64,000 nucleotides of DNA, taken from the NCBI RefSeq assembly GCF_001194135.2, contig NC_068982.1:73170891-73234890 (forward strand). Reading direction: 5' to 3'. Under the pieces are notes generated by a model. It ran no database searches. It was not told the DNA's origin and saw nothing but the letters and a program-made list of their open reading frames with translations. This stretch comes from Octopus bimaculoides (Eukaryota). Position numbers and translations under genes: made by a program. Below, piece after piece: positions 1 through 12,498 of this stretch (positions are counted from its first letter, which is position 1; every line of letters begins with the position of its first letter).

Positions 1-242
1 GCTATGTGTAATCAAGGCAGCGCAAAAAGTTGTTTTGCACAAGCATTTGTATAGCCAATTAGACGGATGAAATTTACGTACGATTAATAATGTTACGCAA
101 AACAGCCTTCAGACTTCCCCTATTAATTTCGTCTTTTGAATTATGAACATATTTACATCATAAGGTTTTTTTCATTGTAAGGCTTTCTTTTTTAGTTGAT
201 TTTCACCGAGCAAGACTTATCGTAGGTGGCGTAATAAGTCAC

Positions 243-271
243 ACCCGGACAACGTCGGGTTATACTGCTAG
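243..271 (+). mobile_element. Helitron-like 3' terminus (hairpin + CTAG); body presumably extends upstream
   Basis: ACCCGGAC-AAC-GTCGGGT hairpin (243-260), 7-nt spacer, CTAG at 268-271 followed by T: the canonical Helitron 3' end. Confidence 0.6.
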
Positions 272-759
272 TCATTGATAAATCAAAGTGAAACTCTCGG
301 TGTTTCAAAGGTTCGTGGATCGTCTCTGAAATTCATGGTTCCTGGCTGGGGGAAAAAAACATTTCTGATCATCAAGTATGAATCTCCAATTACCGTCTGG
401 ATTTTGTTTTAACTAAAAATTCTAAGAAATAACAATTCTTTGTTCTAAATTAATTAGTACGACTTCCATAATTTACTTTAGAAAAAAATGTTCTATTAAA
501 ATTGTTTTTCAATTTTCTACTTTTTCCCTTTATCACAAGGATGTCACATCATTTTTGGTTTTTGCTGTTCTTTGTGAAATTTTCTATTTCATTTAAATTT
601 TACTATTTGCTATTACTTTACGTCTTTAAATAGGTTGTCAGCCTTCGTCAGATGAGTTAAACTGTTTGTCTTTTTTCTATAACGGAGTTGGGCAAATATT
701 TTCATCCCATGATGGAAGATTGAATTTTCTGAGAACTTAGGTGTGTCACGTAACCTAGA

Positions 760-1020
760 ACTCAGAGGGCCGGAGAGTAACCCGGTTTTTCCATGGCGAA
801 GAAGTGACTACAATTGCAACACTCAAACCACCCATCATGAACGGGGCGCCGATCAGTTACAAGGTTAACTTCCCAGCTATTGCTGAAACCCATTTACGAT
901 TGAGTGAACTGGAGCAGCGTAAAATTAAACATTTTGCTCCAGAACAGAACATGCCTCCCGATCCGGAAATCGAAACCACGATCGTATGATCGTGAATGCA
1001 ACACCCTAACCGCCAGGACA
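760..1020 (-). mobile_element. tRNA-derived SINE family C, diverged copy
   Basis: Contains ...gaactggagcagcgtaaaattaaacattttgctccagaacag...ggaaatcgaaaccacgatcgtatgatcgtg...accctaacc, the reverse complement of a pol III A/B-box head. Homologous to 21015-21240, 48725-48930 and 53300-53465. Confidence 0.75.
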
Positions 1021-1201
1021 CTCGCCTGTACACATCCTTTTCAGACTGCAAAGAAAGGCTGGAATAAAAGTAGACATTGAATTGACCAGCATAAAATAGT
1101 TAATCAAACCAAGGAAACGGATTTAGATACGAGGAAGGATTCAGAAAACTTGCATTTTGGTAGCGGGAAGCTTCCCCTTACACATTCAATAATTCCACTA
1201 T

Positions 1202-1354
1202 AGGCGCAGGCATGTCTGTGTGGTAAGAAGCTTGCTTCTCAACTACATGGTTCAGCCCTACTGCGTGGTGCCTTGGACAAGTGTCTTCTACTATAGCCTC
1301 GGGTCGACCAAAGCCTTGTGAGTGAATTTGGTAGTCGGAAACTGAAAGAAGCCA

Positions 1355-1410
<56 letters not shown>

Positions 1411-1609
1411 ACCACCGCTTGACAACCGGTGTTGGTGTACTTACATCCCCGTAACTCGGCAGTTTGACGAAAGACACCGATAGAATAAGTACTATGCTTT
1501 AAAAACATAAGTCCTGGGGTCGATTTGTTTGACTAAAACCCGTTAAGCCTGTGCCCCAGCACGGTCGCAGTCAAATGACTGAAACGAGTAAAAGATAAAA
1601 AGTAAAAGA
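1202..1609 (+). mobile_element. tRNA-derived SINE family A, full length with internal (GT)n
   Basis: Head aggcgcagggcatgtctgtgtggtaagaagcttgcttc (A-box-like), body ccttggacaagtgtcttctactatagcctcggg, internal (TG)n, tail gtgccccagcacggtcgcagtcaaatgactgaaacgagtaaaaga. Many copies in the window. Confidence 0.9.
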
Positions 1610-1745
1610 TATACATGGACGAAAGAAATGTATCCGGTAGTTCAGAATTTGTATTAGGAATTCTGTCCCAAAGTTTGAGTTATCAAAAAGGAAAAACACT
1701 GCTTATAGAAATCCATTTCATAAACTGCATAAACAAAAATGTTCA

Positions 1746-2142
1746 ATTTCTTTATTGCCCACAAGGGGCTAAACATAGAGAGGACAAACAAAGGGGTTAC
1801 GTCGATTACATCGACCCAGTGCGTAACTGGTACTTAATTTATCGACCCCGAAAGGATGAAAGGCAAGGTCGACCTCGGCGGAATTTTAACTCAGAACGTA
1901 ACGGCAGACGAAATACCTATTTCGTTATTGCCCACAAGGGGCTAAACATAGAGGGAACAAACAAGAACAGATTAAATCGATTACATCGACCCCAGTGCGT
2001 AACTGGTACTTAATTTATCGACCCCGAAAGGATGAAAGGCAAAGTCGACCTCGGCGGAATTTGAACTCAAAACGTAACGGCAGATGAAATACCGCTAAGC
2101 ATTTCGCTCGTTATGCTAACGTTTCTGCCAGCTCGCCGCCTT
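1746..2142 (-). mobile_element. Two head-to-tail copies of tRNA/CORE-like SINE family B (left copy 5'-truncated)
   Basis: Unit tattgcccacaaggggctaaacatagagg...ctggtacttaatttatcgaccccgaaaggatgaaaggc...gaaatacc occurs at 1746-1918 and again at 1919-2142. The second copy has the full head (gctcgccgcctt). Confidence 0.9.
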
Positions 2143-2364
2143 CAATTTCTTCAGAAATATTATCATAGATAAGTTACTATGTCTCTTCTCCACTGATAGT
2201 TGTCATGGATAATTGAGAAGAGCAAATGAAAAATTGATTGAATTTAGCATTTGAAGTTGCTGATACAATAGTGTGTGAGTGTTACACATGTTAAATTATT
2301 AGAACATTTGTTCTCTCAACTGAAAATGCTCATGCATTCTGATATTTTTTTTTATCCCAAGGAT

Positions 2365-2465
2365 TCATCAGGCTGGTTACCAGTTTCTATGACGTATAAG
2401 TGACCGAGATCGCAATATTCCCCCTGAAAGGAACGTCGGTCTCTTGCACGGTTCAAGGCCAGCAG
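2365..2465 (-). mobile_element. SINE family C fragment
   Basis: ggctggttaccagtttctatgacgtataagtgaccgagatcgc matches the family C segment at 48735-48780 and 21040-21060. Confidence 0.65.
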
Positions 2466-2474
2466 TTTTACAGG

Positions 2475-2650
2475 AAGGAGACAAGTCAATTACATTTACC
2501 TCAACACTTGACTAATATTTTGTTTTATTAACTTCGAAGAGATGAAATTCAAAGTTTACCTCGGTGGAATTTGAACTCAAAACGTCAAGAGCTACAAGAA
2601 ATGCCGCTAAGCATTTTGTCCGAAGTGCTAACGATTTAACCAGCTCGTAC
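2475..2650 (-). mobile_element. SINE family B, old copy
   Basis: tttacctcggtggaatttgaactcaaaacg...aaatgccgctaagcattttgtccg...gctaacgattt..ccagctcg. Confidence 0.8.
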
Positions 2651-2679
2651 GTTTCTTCCGCAACTGCTTACTTAAGCCA

Positions 2680-2870
2680 GACAAGTAATATACCAACACG
2701 ATGTCGATTCCAGTCATTCTGTTGAATTCGTCAAGACGTTTCTACAAAGCTTATCAAAGTGAGTCTTTGAGCCAACACGGACACTCTGTAAACTTGCATC
2801 CTATTGAAGATTTTGTAGCAAAACATTAAATCAAAGCGAAATTCGAAACTCTTCTGGAAAAAAAATCGAC
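2680..2870 (+). pseudogene. Highly degraded Tc1-like DDE transposase fragment
   Basis: Manual translation gives VIYQHDVDSSHSVEFVKTFL, then (frameshifted) GHSVNLHPIEDFVA. These resemble the Tc1 motifs FQQDNAPxH and SPDLNPIENxW. Confidence 0.4.
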
Positions 2871-4244
2871 AATTCATAAACAATGCTACGAATTAATACC
2901 GGTTTTATTGAAGATGCTTACTGAAAATATGATCAAAAATACGATATAAGAATTTATTATTAAATACTGAGTATAAATTAATATAAACAATTTTTAAAAA
3001 AATTCTCCAATCAATAATAGATGTGGAATCAACAGAAACATTCTCTGAAAACATTAAGTATTTCAACTGTTTATGGGTGTGTCTGAATATGTGTTTTGTT
3101 ATGGCATATGCATATGTATGTGTATTTATGTGTGTACGCGAGTGCAGGTGATTAATTTTCAAACACTTCTGGATTGTTACATATTTGTTATATGAATTGA
3201 ATGAGTTCGCTGGTTCAAATAGTACCACTGCCTATGAAATTAAATCTCACCCCCAAAGCTGCATGCCATAAGATCACACACCACTTTTAAATGCTTATAA
3301 TAGCAGTGAATTATATCTGTGTGTGTGTGTTAGTATGTAAACTGTAACTATTTACAGAAAACCGCTATAGCATTCAATGTTTTATAGAACATACATGCGT
3401 TTCAGTAAATTAATGACAACAGTTGTAGAAACATTATTCAGTCTTACATAGCATCTCATCGGTGTTCGGTAATAAATACAATGACATGTTGAAAGCTTCA
3501 AATATATAAGCTTTTCCGCTTAGCAAATTATCAACAACTTCGCACAACACAGTAAAGCAGGGGACAGAAAAACATACTGTGTGCGTACGAGGTCACATCT
3601 CCCTCACACCTAAGAAGATGCAACCAGAAAAAAATATATGGTAATAACAATAACAATAAGAAGAACACTTACCATACTGATAGCACAGAGTCATTAAGCT
3701 CGGGTTATAAATTAGCTTATGGCTGGCTGTCAAGTTAATGGCCAGGTGGATGAAAACTTCATTTAAGACATGCATACAGACACATAATTTACTTGTCTTT
3801 CTTTGGATGCAGGCTAAAAAGTCGTGTGTGTGTGTGTGTGTGTGTGTGTAATGGGCAGTATTGTCCCTACATTTGTCAGTCACAAGTTTGTATAAGGTTA
3901 GTAACACTAGGCAAAACACTAAATGACACCCGCTGGTGAAGCTCCAGCCCGGAAGTTCAGATGTTTTTAGGGAGTGTAAAGTTATTCCTTAGTCACCAGT
4001 ACTTCCAGTCTGCTGTAACCCAAGAAGTAGGGTACTTGTCAATGGCTCCCCTTATAGATCAAATAGTAGAAGATTGCCCTGCAGGACTCAGAAGAGGACT
4101 GGCCCCTAGAAACGTACCTCACAAGCCCACCGCTATATAGACACGCCGTGATGTCACGTGGACCATCCTCCTGCCTAAAAGTCTGTAGTCTGTAGCCCGA
4201 GAGAAATCATAGAAGAGCATGAGAGGAGCATCTGTAAATAAAAC

Positions 4245-4312
4245 AGACGGCAATGGGAAGCCTTCAGTGTAGCTTTCCGAAGAAAACTTATGGATCTTCA
4301 AATATTAGCAAA
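4245..4312 (+). mobile_element. Probable RTE/BovB-related retroposon segment
   Basis: gacggcaatgggaagccttcagtgtagctttccgaagaaaacttatggatc resembles the BovB-type GGCAATGGCAAACCAC...TTGCCAAGAAAAC...ATGGA motif (recalled, not searched). Confidence 0.35.
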
Positions 4313-5164
4313 GAGATCCATGGCTGCCGACGCCTATAAGCATTGCATGTAAGTAGATAACCATGGTAACGCTTGACGTGTTTCGCCTTTCTCGAAGTTT
4401 GTCAATAAACGTGTACCTATTTATCATATGCTTCAACGAACTTCGGACGGACCTTGGCATGTATAGTTCCCATGAATCACAAGTGCGACATTGTTAATTT
4501 CGCAACGGTATATATTGTGCTTTCCTAACGCAACATGTCTGTCATGAGATTTGCATTTTCTCTCAGACAAAAACCGCAGTAGCAGGCCTTTCAACGGTGT
4601 CCATGCGTTTAGTATGGTACATCGATAACTGTTTGTAATTTAATGTTGCTTCAATTGAATTCATCGAGTTCTATACTATTTGTTTATACCCATGTAAGAA
4701 ATCATTCTCACAATTATTAAAATAACATTTTCAGATGTTAGAAAACCAAGCTAAAGGCGACTGGCTACAAGCCAAAGACGGACAAATATTTCATTATTTT
4801 TAAATTTAAATTCTTCCAACGTTTAAATATTACCGAACACTCTTCAATGGTTGAGAAGCCCTTTGTTCTTAAAACAGCTAAATATAACGCACTTCACATA
4901 ACTGTACACGACATCGTAGATTTTAGACAATGAAGTCGATGACGTCAGCAACATTCCGGCTTCTAACCGCATAGTCTAATTTTTCATGGATGTGTTTATG
5001 CACATGTATGTATATGTGTGTGTGTGTGTTTATGTGTGTGTGTTCGTGTGTAACTACAGCCTCTGCTTTCTCATGCATGTGTTTATGTGAGTGTGTATAT
5101 ATGTGCATATGTGTATGCATTTGTCTAATCTCCTTGTCAAATTTTTACTGCGTGTGTACATGTG

Positions 5165-5219
<55 letters not shown>

Positions 5220-6182
5220 NNNNNNNNNNNNNNNNNNNNNNNNNNNNNNNNNNNNNNNNNNNNNNNNNNNNNNNNNNNNNNNNNNNNNNNNNNNNNNNNN
5301 NNNNNNNNNNNNNNNNNNNNNNNNNNNNNNNNNNNNNNNNNNNNNNNNNNNNNNNNNNNNNNNNNNNNNNNNNNNNNNNNNNNNNNNNNNNNNNNNNNNN
5401 NNNNNNNNNNNNNNNNNNNNNNNNNNNNNNNNNNNNNNNNNNNNNNNNNNNNNNNNNNNNNNNNNNNNNNNNNNNNNNNNNNNNNNNNNNNNNNNNNNNN
5501 NNNNNNNNNNNNNNNNNNNNNNNNNNNNNNNNNNNTATACACACAGACATATATATACATATATGTGTGTGTGGAAGCATATTCTCTATTTTCTTGAATA
5601 TATATATATGCGAGTATGCATGTGTGTGTTTTTATGTGTGTGAATGTGTATAGATGTGTGTGAGGGTGTATATGTGTGCGTGCATATGTGCATGCGTGTG
5701 TGCGAAGAGAGAAGCTTCGATTTGGAATGTGGCCAAAACTATAATAACGATTTCTTTGATAGGCACAAGGCCAAATTTACTACAGGACAAGATATGATCG
5801 GTAATTATTTTATTGAGCGACATCACCTTATCCCAACAAAGACACACACACACCCCATCACAATTCTTACCATAGACTCACACACTCACCCCCCGCCCCT
5901 ACACCCCGCGGGATTAGAAGACAAGGGCAAAACCAGCGGGATTTAGTTTGGGATTTAGTCGGAGACTGTGATGTCTTGAGTACCATCTTAGTAGTAGTAG
6001 TAGTAGTAGCAGCAGCAGCAGCAGGGTAGATGCGTGAAGGATATGGTGAAGTGGAACATTGTTGGAGAGATGGAAGAGACAAGAGTCCCAAACCAAGGAA
6101 CAGAGGCAAGAACTTTAGGAAAGCGGCAAGAATTCAAAGCCTGAAAAATTTTTTTAATTAATATTGTAACGCACGCAAACAC

Positions 6183-6220
<38 letters not shown>

Positions 6221-6527
6221 CTACACGTACAAACAATCACACAGCCACATATGCAAAAAACGTACACATTCATATATACATATGTGCTTATGCATAAACA
6301 TGGTGGAGCGCAGCCTTATCTTGTGAAAAACAGAACATTGTTTTATTTTTATACTTTCATATATATGTTTTGACAATTCATATTCGGTGAAGCGTTTATT
6401 ATTTTTCTAACTAGGTATTGAGTGTTACTTTGCCGTGCTCATTTATTTCATCAATGGTTTCGAGCTGTGAAAGCATAATCTTCAGGAGTTCTAGTTACTA
6501 AATAATTGTTGTGCAGTGCAGCTTATT

Positions 6528-6722
6528 AGGCAGCGAGCTGGCAGAATCGTCAGCATATCAGACAAAATATTTAGCGGTATTATTTACGTTCTGAGTTCAA
6601 ATCCCACTGAGGTTGACTTTGCATTTCATCTCTTCAGGTTCGATATAATAAAGTATCAGACAAGTACTGGGGTCGATGTAATCAACTTACCCCCACTTAC
6701 ATGAAAATTGCTTGCCTTGAGC
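6528..6722 (+). mobile_element. SINE family B copy
   Basis: aggcagcgagctggcagaatcgtcagc...gttctgagttcaaatccc...gtactggggtcgatgtaatc. Confidence 0.85.
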
Positions 6723-6859
6723 CTTGTAATGAGCCGACGTTCCGTTCAGAGGAAAATGTGATCTCAGCATGAAAACCAGGTAACCGGCCTTATGAGTCCA
6801 GGTGCTCGAGACAAAACTGTGGTTTATGGCAACTGTGTTTGGCTCTCATTCTAGAAAAG

Positions 6860-7010
6860 ACGCGTGGCTTTGTGGCTAGGACGCTGGGTTGACGACTATA
6901 AGATCATGCGTTCGATTTCCAGATAAGACATAGGGCCTTTGAGCAAGACACTTTCTTTCCCGTTGCTCTACTCTCCTCAGTTGGAAAATGAGTAACAACC
7001 TAGAGGTAGC
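6860..7010 (+). mobile_element. SINE family C head and body
   Basis: gcgtggctttgtggctagg (A box), gcgttcgatttcc (B box), ccttgagcaagacactttc...gaaaatgagtaac. Confidence 0.75.
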
Positions 7011-7644
7011 GGAATCTTTTCTCTTTCCAGCTGACAAGTCTCGAATGTTACGCTAAGCAGCTCGAAAAGATGCCTATGTCTGCTCATGATTACATGACAA
7101 CTTAAAACAATTAGCAAAAGTGTAGTTCAAGCAACCAAGACATGTTCGCTTGCGATTCAAGTGCTGTCGTTTAATGTTGTTTTGCTGTTTTTAAGAGCAC
7201 CCTTTTGACTGTACGGACAATGGTTGTGTGGTTACGAAGTTAGCTCTATAACCACGTGGTTTGAGATTCACAGATTCAGTCTCACGATTAAAAAATCTCT
7301 TCAAGACAACACCGCAGCATAGCTGTAGCACAATGATTAAAACAAATAAAAATTAAAGAAACAAAGAGATATAAGTTTTAAAAAAGAACCGCAAGTAATT
7401 CAAAACCTTTTTTAAATGGCTTTATTAGTGAAGTGGGCGGAGAGCACTCATAATGCTTTTTCATGCTTTCAAGATTGGTGGTTGCAAAAAGGAAGTTATG
7501 TGTTCAGGACGTAAACCTGGTCTGAATGTTTGTGAATGAACTGTCTCCGCTAAAGGTTAAGTAGTGTTCTTACACTGAGAGACGGATTAAGTCAACTGCA
7601 GTAAAGAAGGAAACAATCACTTCCCGACCTATCTCGACCGATGG

Positions 7645-7792
7645 GCTTCTTTACAGTTTTCATCCACCAAATTTCTTTTACAAGATTCTGGTCGACCCGA
7701 GGTTTTCGTAGAAGATATTTGCTTAATGTGACACGCAAGAAAATCGAACCCGCAACCAGGAAGCGAACTTCTTAACCACATAACCATACTTT
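7645..7792 (-). mobile_element. SINE family A 5' half
   Basis: Reverse complement of the family A head and body (ggtcgacccgagg...gtagaaga...gaacccgcaacc...cttcttaaccacataacc). Confidence 0.75.
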
Positions 7793-7809
7793 TGGCTATT
7801 TGAGGTGGT

Positions 7810-8085
7810 TTGTGTGCGCGCGCATGCGTATGTGTGAGTGCATGCAGGTTTGTGGATGTGCGTATGTGTGTATGAGTGCGTGCAATGTGTGTATGTGCGT
7901 GTACGAGTGCTTGTATATGTGTGTATGTGTGTAAGTGCATGTGTGGGTATGCATACTGGGACAAGTATGTGTGAGTGTATGTATGTGTATATGTATGTGC
8001 GTATGTGTTCGTATGTATATGTGTATATGTATATTTATGAGGGTGTGTATGTGTGTGTGTGTGTGCGTGCACGCGCTTGTGTATG
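7810..8085. repeat. Degenerate (GT)/(GTAT)n compound microsatellite
   Basis: Direct reading. Confidence 0.95.
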
Positions 8086-8617
8086 TGGTATTAGTTTACT
8101 TTAGAATAAATGACAATATTACTTGATCCAGAATAAATATATTTATTCAACATTTTTGAATTTTCCGAATATGAATGATTGATGAACTGGTCGATGTGTT
8201 GGTCAAAGGTTGTATATTTATCAAATATAACACCTTTTGTCAGTTAAATGTCATATGTTTATCTAATATAACACCTTGAAGTCTGTTCGCCTCCATAGAA
8301 ACTGGAAATTGTAATGTTAACAAGAGATGATACATTCAACAATAACACTTAGCGATTTCATTATTTTAGGTTATGTAGGGTTGTGAGCTGGTTTCAAAAC
8401 CCTTTAAAGTAATCTTTCATTCTTTCGGGGTTGATTACAAAATGTCAGTTAAGTATTGGGATCAATATATTGACTACTCCCTCTCCCTTGAAAATTATTC
8501 TCCTTTTGCCAAAATCACAAACTATTATGTAAGTACGCTGGTAATATGGGCTCGAAGGTATTTCGAAAATACCTCACAGAGTGACGACTGTGCCCAACAT
8601 AGTTATGGAAATATAGA

Positions 8618-8815
8618 GAAGCCATGGGACTGCAGCATGGCAGATTGTGAAGAGGCAGCAGAAGAGTTCAACTGAACTAACAGTGCTTCTTACATTGATG
8701 CTAAGCAGTGGAATCTTAGATCAATAGTCAGGATCACCAAGCTCTAACAAGAGAGCAACTGCAACGCATCCATAGGGGTGGTGCCTATTGTTGTGTAATC
8801 AGCTAATGAAAGTTT
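8618..8815 (+). repeat. Unclassified dispersed repeat F (possible LINE 3' end)
   Basis: gccatgggactgcagcatggc...gtgcttcttacatt...agagagcaactgcaacgcatccatagggg...gtaatcagctaatgaaag is homologous to 48255-48458. Confidence 0.7.
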
Positions 8816-9251
8816 CACTATAGTTCAAGCCTGAGGACTCTATCCCCACATCTCTCTCAGGAATAGTGGGCGAGGTAGCGTGTGTGTATGCGTGTGTGGC
8901 ACGAGTGTGCGTGTATGTATATGTGTGTATATATATGTATATATATATATATGTATGTATATGTAATTATATCGTTCTAGCTAAGCCGATTTAGCCCCTT
9001 TTATACACACACACANNNNNNNNNNNNNNNNNNNTATATATATATATATACGTGATATAAAGCTTGAAACACGTGTACCGCAGAATCCTTTGTGTTTTTG
9101 TTGTTATTTTTTGCATTTACAATTTATATATATATATACATATATGTATGTGTATGTATATATATGTATATATATATATATGTATGTATATGTAATTATA
9201 TCGTTCTAGCTAAGCCGATTTAGCCCCTTTTATACACACACACACACACAT

Positions 9252-10624
9252 TCATGGCTTCCGTCCAGGAAGAAGCCGTCTCACACAGCTCTTACAAAAC
9301 TATGACTGGGTTTTGAAACAGCTACTTAATCATTCAGATGTCAATGTGATATATCTTGACTTCGCAAAGGCCTTTGATGAGGTGGATCATGACATGATAT
9401 GTCACAAGCTGCGAGATCGAGACTTTGGCATTGCTGGTAAACTGGGAGAGTGGCTGCATGACTTCCTTAAAGACAGAAGTCAGGCAGCTGCAGCCAATGG
9501 TGCTCTTTCGAGTGGCGCTCCACCGCGGAACTGTTTTGGGGCCATTACTGTTTATAAAAGCTCTCTTAGACATGCCCATGGTCACTCAGACAGCTATTGT
9601 CACTAGCTACGTTGATGATACAAAATTGTCATGGGCAATATAAAATCCAGATTAAGTCGGAAGCCTACGGCGGGACTTGAGTGCAATATACAAGTGGGCT
9701 GAAGTAAACAACATGCAGTTTAATGCAGTTTCCAGCTTTAAACATTGCAGTTTCCAGCTTCAAGCATTGTAGTATCAACTCACAAATGTACCGTAGCCTA
9801 CATATATAGGATCCGAAGGCGTTTCAATCTCAGAGTCACAGGCAGTGAAAGACTTGGGGATCAGTATGTGCAATGATGCATCATTTCATATGCACATTAC
9901 CAAGATGGCAACAAAGTGCACACAATTGGCAGAATGGATACTAAGGTCCTTCAAGACAAGGGACCGACAAGTTATGTTGTCCCTGTGGAGTACCTTTGCT
10001 CTTAGCCGCCTGGACTACCGCTCTCATCTATGGTCACCACACGGTACCAAACTAACTGCTAGCTCGAAGCGGTCCAGCGTCACCACGTTAAAAAGATTGC
10101 AACTGTGCAGCAGGTGAGCTACAGGGATAGGCTGGGAAAACTACGACTTTACTTCTTAGAGCGAAGGTGCGACAGACATGTAATAATCTACATATGGAAT
10201 GGCTTGTATCTAATTTCCGCATTGAGTGTTATACTGGACGCCGTTGTATTGTATCAAAGGTACTATCCACTCCATCTAAATTCAGGACCAGGTACCGCAA
10301 TAGCTCAGGGTTCAAAGGCCCACAGCTCTTCAATGTCCTGCCACAAAAATTAAGAAATCTGCAAAATGTGGACGTAGATGTCTTCAAGAAAGAACTAGAC
10401 ATTCTCCTCTCGACAATTCCGGATGAAGCGACGGCCCGGCATGAGGTACAGACCAGGGCAGCGGAGTCAGACTCCCTCAAACACGAAATGGACCAACAGT
10501 CGGGACAAAGTCATATACAGGAGTAGTAATGTGAAACCCCATCACCCTGAGGAAATCAGCCGTTGCAAAATTACAGTGGTGCCCCAGCATGACTGCATCA
10601 ACATAGCTGAAACGAATAAAAGAT

Positions 10625-10628
<4 letters not shown>
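9252..10628 (+). mobile_element. 5'-truncated CR1/L2-like (Jockey superclade) LINE: RT, C-terminal region and 3' UTR, with stops/frameshifts
   Basis: HGFRPGRS..QLL..Y; VIYLDFAKAFDEVDH; GTVLGPLLF; SYVDDTK; VKDLGI; LDYRSHLWSP; GFKGPQLFNVLP..LRN; FKKELD. The 3' UTR ends ggtgccccagcatgactgc...gctgaaacgaataaaagataaaa. Confidence 0.93.
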
Positions 10629-10661
<33 letters not shown>

Positions 10662-11089
10662 TATGTCATGGAATAACTTTAATTTGACCTTTTTCATGAT
10701 ATTAACGAAAGCATATCCCTCTCCGGGTATTACTTTGTGCTCATTAATAGATCAGAGCATGTATATTGCAAGTGTCTCTATTGCTTTCTCTAAGTCAGTA
10801 TGAAGCATGGGTTTTTTTTGAACAAGCAGGAAATGGGATTTCTTTTGAAATAACAAAGCCAATACTAAACATAAATTTTACCCACTATAATAGCATCAAC
10901 TTCACGGAATATATCTGTCTTAGCGCCGAAAGCTACCATCACATCGCTATTGCTATTGACTGATATAAATGAAATAGATGAACTTTCACGAATTAAATTA
11001 GGTCATATTTCCGTGCACCTGGAGTGAGGTCAACACCACCCACAGGTTCCAAAGTTACATATAATACTAAAACACATTTAGAAGCGGAA

Positions 11090-11990
11090 ACTGTGAGTAG
11101 AATCGGAATGAGTTGTTGGGCGCGGCTGTTTGGACGCTGACAATTTGGCATGGCTAAATGGACATTCCGTCTGTTTTTGACGCTGGAGGCAAACATGCAC
11201 GCGCGCGCATTGACAGAGAGAGATACACACACGCGCACACAAACACACACACACACGTACACATACACACGGACGGACACACTCACACGCACGCACACGC
11301 ACACACACGCACATACACATACATAGGCACGCACGCGCAGAAACATACATATAAAGAAAGAGTGAGAGAAGGTGAGAGAGAGTGGTATTGCAATTTATTA
11401 ATTGAATAAAGTTGGTATAAACACTTTCCCTCTCCATATACACACACATAAATAGAGACAGAAAGACAGATAGACAGACAGAAAAATTGGAGGGAGAGGG
11501 AACGAAGCATTAAAATATTTGATGTCAAATAANNNNNNNNNNCGCTGGAGGCAAACATGCACGCGCGCGCATTGACAGAGAGAGATACACACACGCGCAC
11601 ACAAACACACAAATACAAACACAAACAAACCAACACACATACTCAGCAATCCTGTACCGAAATGGAACGCTTGGGCACAGCTGATTGGACACTGACGATT
11701 TGGCCTGATTGACTGGACACTCAGCCTGTTTTTGCGACAGTATTGCTTGGTGCCAGAGGCACACATTCGCACGTTCGCGTGCATGGAAATATACATAGAT
11801 AGAAAAATGAGAGAAAGAGTGAGATATTGTAATTTGTTAATTGAACACCATAGACATAAACATATTCCCTCTCCTCGAACACAGAAAGAGAAGTATGTTC
11901 ACACATATCAACAAAAGGGAAACAGAGAAAAAGATGAGGAAGAAGGATGAGAACGAGAGAAACATTAAACGTGTGATTTTAACCAATTAG
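11090..11990. repeat. Diverged tandem duplication (unit about 500-550 bp) spanning a 10-N gap
   Basis: 11100-11200 resembles 11655-11780 (ttgggc.c.gctg.ttggac.ctgac.atttggc...ggaca.tc..ctgttttg), and 11340-11470 resembles 11790-11895. In addition 11182-11250 is nearly identical to 11543-11610. Confidence 0.7.
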
Positions 11991-12261
11991 GACTTAAAAA
12001 ATCCCAGTAGCTACTAATCTCTGTATAGTTAATTAGTTAGATGTTTCTCTAGATTTAAACTCCTCGTATAAACAGTTCCACAAGACTAATGAGAAACTCA
12101 CATACATACATACATACATACATACATACATACATACATACATACATACACAGTCTTGTCACCCTCCTATAGTATTTAGAAATTTGATAGCTAATATTAA
12201 AGTATCTAACTTCCCTTCTTCCAAAGAAATTTTCGAGAAAGTTGTCCCCTATTATCATTAT

Positions 12262-12470
12262 TATGAACTGGTAGAATTGTTAGCATGCCGGAGAGAATGT
12301 TTAACGGCATTTCGTCCGTCTTTACGTTCTGAGTACAAATGCCGCCGAGGTCGACTTTACCTTTCATCCTTTTAGGGTCGATAAAATAAGTACCAGTTGA
12401 GTACTGGGGTCGATGTAATCGACTAGCCCCTCCCCAAAATGTCAGGCCTTATGTTTTTAGTAGAAAGGAT
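12262..12470 (+). mobile_element. SINE family B (subtype B2, tail ...agaaagg-(ATT/GTT)n)
   Basis: Full head and core, ending ccccaaaatgtcaggccttatg...tagtagaaaggattgttgtt. Confidence 0.9.
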
Positions 12471-12498
12471 TGTTGTTGTCGTTGTTGTTGTTGCTGTT

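Noticed and set aside
620-655. CTGACGA-AGG..CCT on minus strand (hammerhead-like)
   Set aside because: No GAAA after the putative stem II and no stem I partner.
2340-2375. CTGATGA-ATCC-TTG-GGAT on minus strand
   Set aside because: Followed by a poly-A run rather than GAAAC; stems I and III absent.
3673-3813. Phase-1/phase-1 open minus-strand exon candidate
   Set aside because: Good donor but weak acceptor directly after (CA)n, and the peptide resembles nothing recognisable; within chance expectation.
8935-9250. Identical ~85-bp blocks either side of the 9016-9034 gap
   Set aside because: Typical contig-overlap artefact at microsatellite gaps; needs long reads before calling a duplication.
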